A model generated the notes under the pieces. The model had not been told where the DNA came from. It saw only the letters and a list, made by a program, of their open reading frames with translations, and searched no databases. DNA of 64,000 nt from an uncultured Phycisphaerales bacterium (GTDB lineage: Bacteria; Planctomycetota; Phycisphaerae; Tepidisphaerales; Tepidisphaeraceae), in the NCBI GenBank assembly GCA_963844715.1, contig CAWJPJ010000004.1, forward strand, positions 160,001 to 224,000, given 5' to 3'. Numbering within the stretch: position 1 is the stretch's first letter; each line of letters opens with the position of its first letter. The position numbers and the translations under genes were made by a program. This document shows positions 62,351 to 64,000 of this stretch, in pieces.

Positions 62351-63202
62351 CTATTCCTTGGCCCCTTGCCCGCGGAGGAAATCCGCCAGCTTAGTCCGGC
62401 CGGTTTTGATGGCGACCCCGAGCGGCGTCATTCCGTTTTTCGGCTCGCGGGCATTGAGGTCCGCGCCGCGCTCGATCAATTGGCGGCTGTGGGCGATTCT
62501 TTCCTCCTCGGTGGGGCTCCAATCGCGGCCGTAGTCGGCGGCGACGTGGAGGAGGGTTTCGCCGGAGGGGCCGATGGTTTTTGGATCGACGCCCCATTCC
62601 AGAAGCATGCGGCCCATGTGTTGGAATCGGGTGCGGTCGAAGGCGTCGTCGATGCCCTGGCCGTGCATGCCCCAGCGGTGGACGAGGCGCCATTGGAAGA
62701 TCGTGCCGCGTATCAGGACGAAGCCGTCTTCCTTCGGGCTAATCAGTTTGTTCCGGTCGAGGTTCTCGCGGAGCATGTCGACGTTGCCAGAACGCACGGA
62801 GTCGTTGGCGTATTCACGCCAGCGCTGCGGCTCGCGATGGAGGATTTCGTGAATGGCGGCGTAATTATTGGTGAAGCAGAATCCGATCAACAGATCGGCC
62901 TTGGCGCCGTGGCGATAGAGCAGGTCGGCGGTCGCCAATCGGCCGGAGAGGAGGGCGAAGGTGAGGGCGGTGGTGCCGCCATTCTCGCCGGTATCCAGGC
63001 GAGCGCCGGCGATGGCGAGGGCTTCGACGACGCCGAGGTGGCCGTTTTGGGCGGCGGCGTCGAGGGCGGATCGCTGGGATTCGAGTGATTTGTCGCCGCC
63101 GACGGCGCTGGGATCGGCGCCGGCGGTGAGGAGTTCGCGGACGCGGCGGAGATTGCCGATTTCGCTGGCGCTGACGAGTTGGTCGTCGAGATTGGGGGGC
63201 AT
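62351..63202 (-). CDS. Ankyrin repeat protein
   Basis: SALDAAAQNGH, TALTFA, TLLHVAA and TPLGVA. Confidence 0.88.
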   Translation of the reverse strand: MPPNLDDQLVSASEIGNLRRVRELLTAGADPSAVGGDKSLESQRSALDAAAQNGHLGVVEALAIAGARLDTGENGGTTALTFALLSGRLATADLLYRHGAKADLLIGFCFTNNYAAIHEILHREPQRWREYANDSVRSGNVDMLRENLDRNKLISPKEDGFVLIRGTIFQWRLVHRWGMHGQGIDDAFDRTRFQHMGRMLLEWGVDPKTIGPSGETLLHVAADYGRDWSPTEEERIAHSRQLIERGADLNAREPKNGMTPLGVAIKTGRTKLADFLRGQGAKE

Positions 63203-63363
63203 GGGGAGACCTCAGCAGAAAAATGGGAACGGACCCGTGCGGGGCATGGTACTAAACGCGAATGAGCAGGGGAATCTTTATAATTGGCCTGCTTTTCTGC
63301 GAAGCCCATAGAGCGCGGGTATCCGGTTCTTCAAAGCAGCGGCTTATGGGCTATAATGTGGTC

Positions 63364-63630
63364 ATGACGACGGGCGCCTCCGTACTCGAGCGCATTATCG
63401 AGTCCAGGAAAGGGGGGTTTTCGAGCGAACATGCTCGGTTTATCCTTTCGATGGATTTTGCCCCCGAAGAGAAGGCTCGCTACGACGAACTTGCCCAAAA
63501 GGTCGGGGACGGACCATTGACCGCATTGGAAGAAGCGGAGCTGAGCGAGTTCGTCACTGCAAATGCGCTCATGACAATTCTCCAGTCCAAGGCCCGCATA
63601 TCGCTGAAGAAACACAATCCGGCAGCGTGA
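63364..63630 (+). CDS. Small helical protein, putative antitoxin
   Basis: 88 aa; ends 7 nt before an HNH gene. Confidence 0.6.
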   Translation: MTTGASVLERIIESRKGGFSSEHARFILSMDFAPEEKARYDELAQKVGDGPLTALEEAELSEFVTANALMTILQSKARISLKKHNPAA

Positions 63631-63637
63631 AAGGCAC

Positions 63638-64000
63638 ATGGATCCTGGACTCGAACAACTGGTCCGGGAGCGGGCGGAATCTAAGTGTGAGTATTGCCGT
63701 ATGCCCCAGCGATTTTCTCGCTTGCAATTTGTCGTTGATCACGTGGTTGCCCGCCGGCACGACGGTGCGACTATCGAAAGCAATCTTGCCCTCGCCTGCC
63801 CGTTTTGTAACTCGCACAAGGGGCCGTATATCGCGGGGATCGACCCACAGACGAAGAAGATGACGCGATTGTTTCACCCCAGACAGGATAATTGGGAAGA
63901 GCACTTTCGTTGGAACGGGCATTTGCTCATCGGCTTGACTGAAATGGGGCGGGCGACGATTGCGGTATTGGCAATTAATCATTCCGCGCAAGCAGCCATG
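63638..64000 (+). CDS. HNH endonuclease (partial; missing from the ORF track)
   Basis: MDPGLEQLVRERAESKCEYC..VDHVVARRHDG..NLALACPFCNSHKG..LFHPR..WEEHF. Confidence 0.9.
   Translation, partial: MDPGLEQLVRERAESKCEYCRMPQRFSRLQFVVDHVVARRHDGATIESNLALACPFCNSHKGPYIAGIDPQTKKMTRLFHPRQDNWEEHFRWNGHLLIGLTEMGRATIAVLAINHSAQAAM

Overview
High-GC bacterial window, most consistent with a Planctomycetota (Phycisphaerae/Tepidisphaerales-like) genome; this is inferred from a PEP-CTERM protein, a reduced dcw block, an rpsP-trmD-rplS operon without rimM and planctomycete-type hypotheticals. It holds mostly housekeeping genes: tandem signal peptidases, mraZ-rsmH-LysM-ftsL-ftsI plus an FtsQ-like gene, gltX, smpB, tRNA-Leu(CAG), two sensor kinases, rpsP-trmD-rplS, fliD-fliS, rph/rdgB, an arginine-to-putrescine pathway, holA, a sulfur/cysteine cluster, bioAD, ndk, a Gld-like ABC operon, queF and sppA. 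Two complete IS elements are present (IS630, IS5/IS427-like). About 16 genes are split by small indels, most likely long-read errors. The most notable signals are: (1) two small nuclease genes (GxxExxY and DUF559), each bracketed by its own family of long inverted repeats, with gene-less copies of both families elsewhere in the window, suggesting transposase-free nuclease-associated mobile cassettes; (2) a histidine kinase whose membrane domain matches the ethylene-receptor binding domain but has CxxC in place of CxxxH; (3) an XRE-like helix-turn-helix inserted into GluRS; (4) a MoeB-CysM-JAB-rhodanese cluster with no adjacent sulfur carrier. All family calls come from motif recognition by eye, not from database searches.
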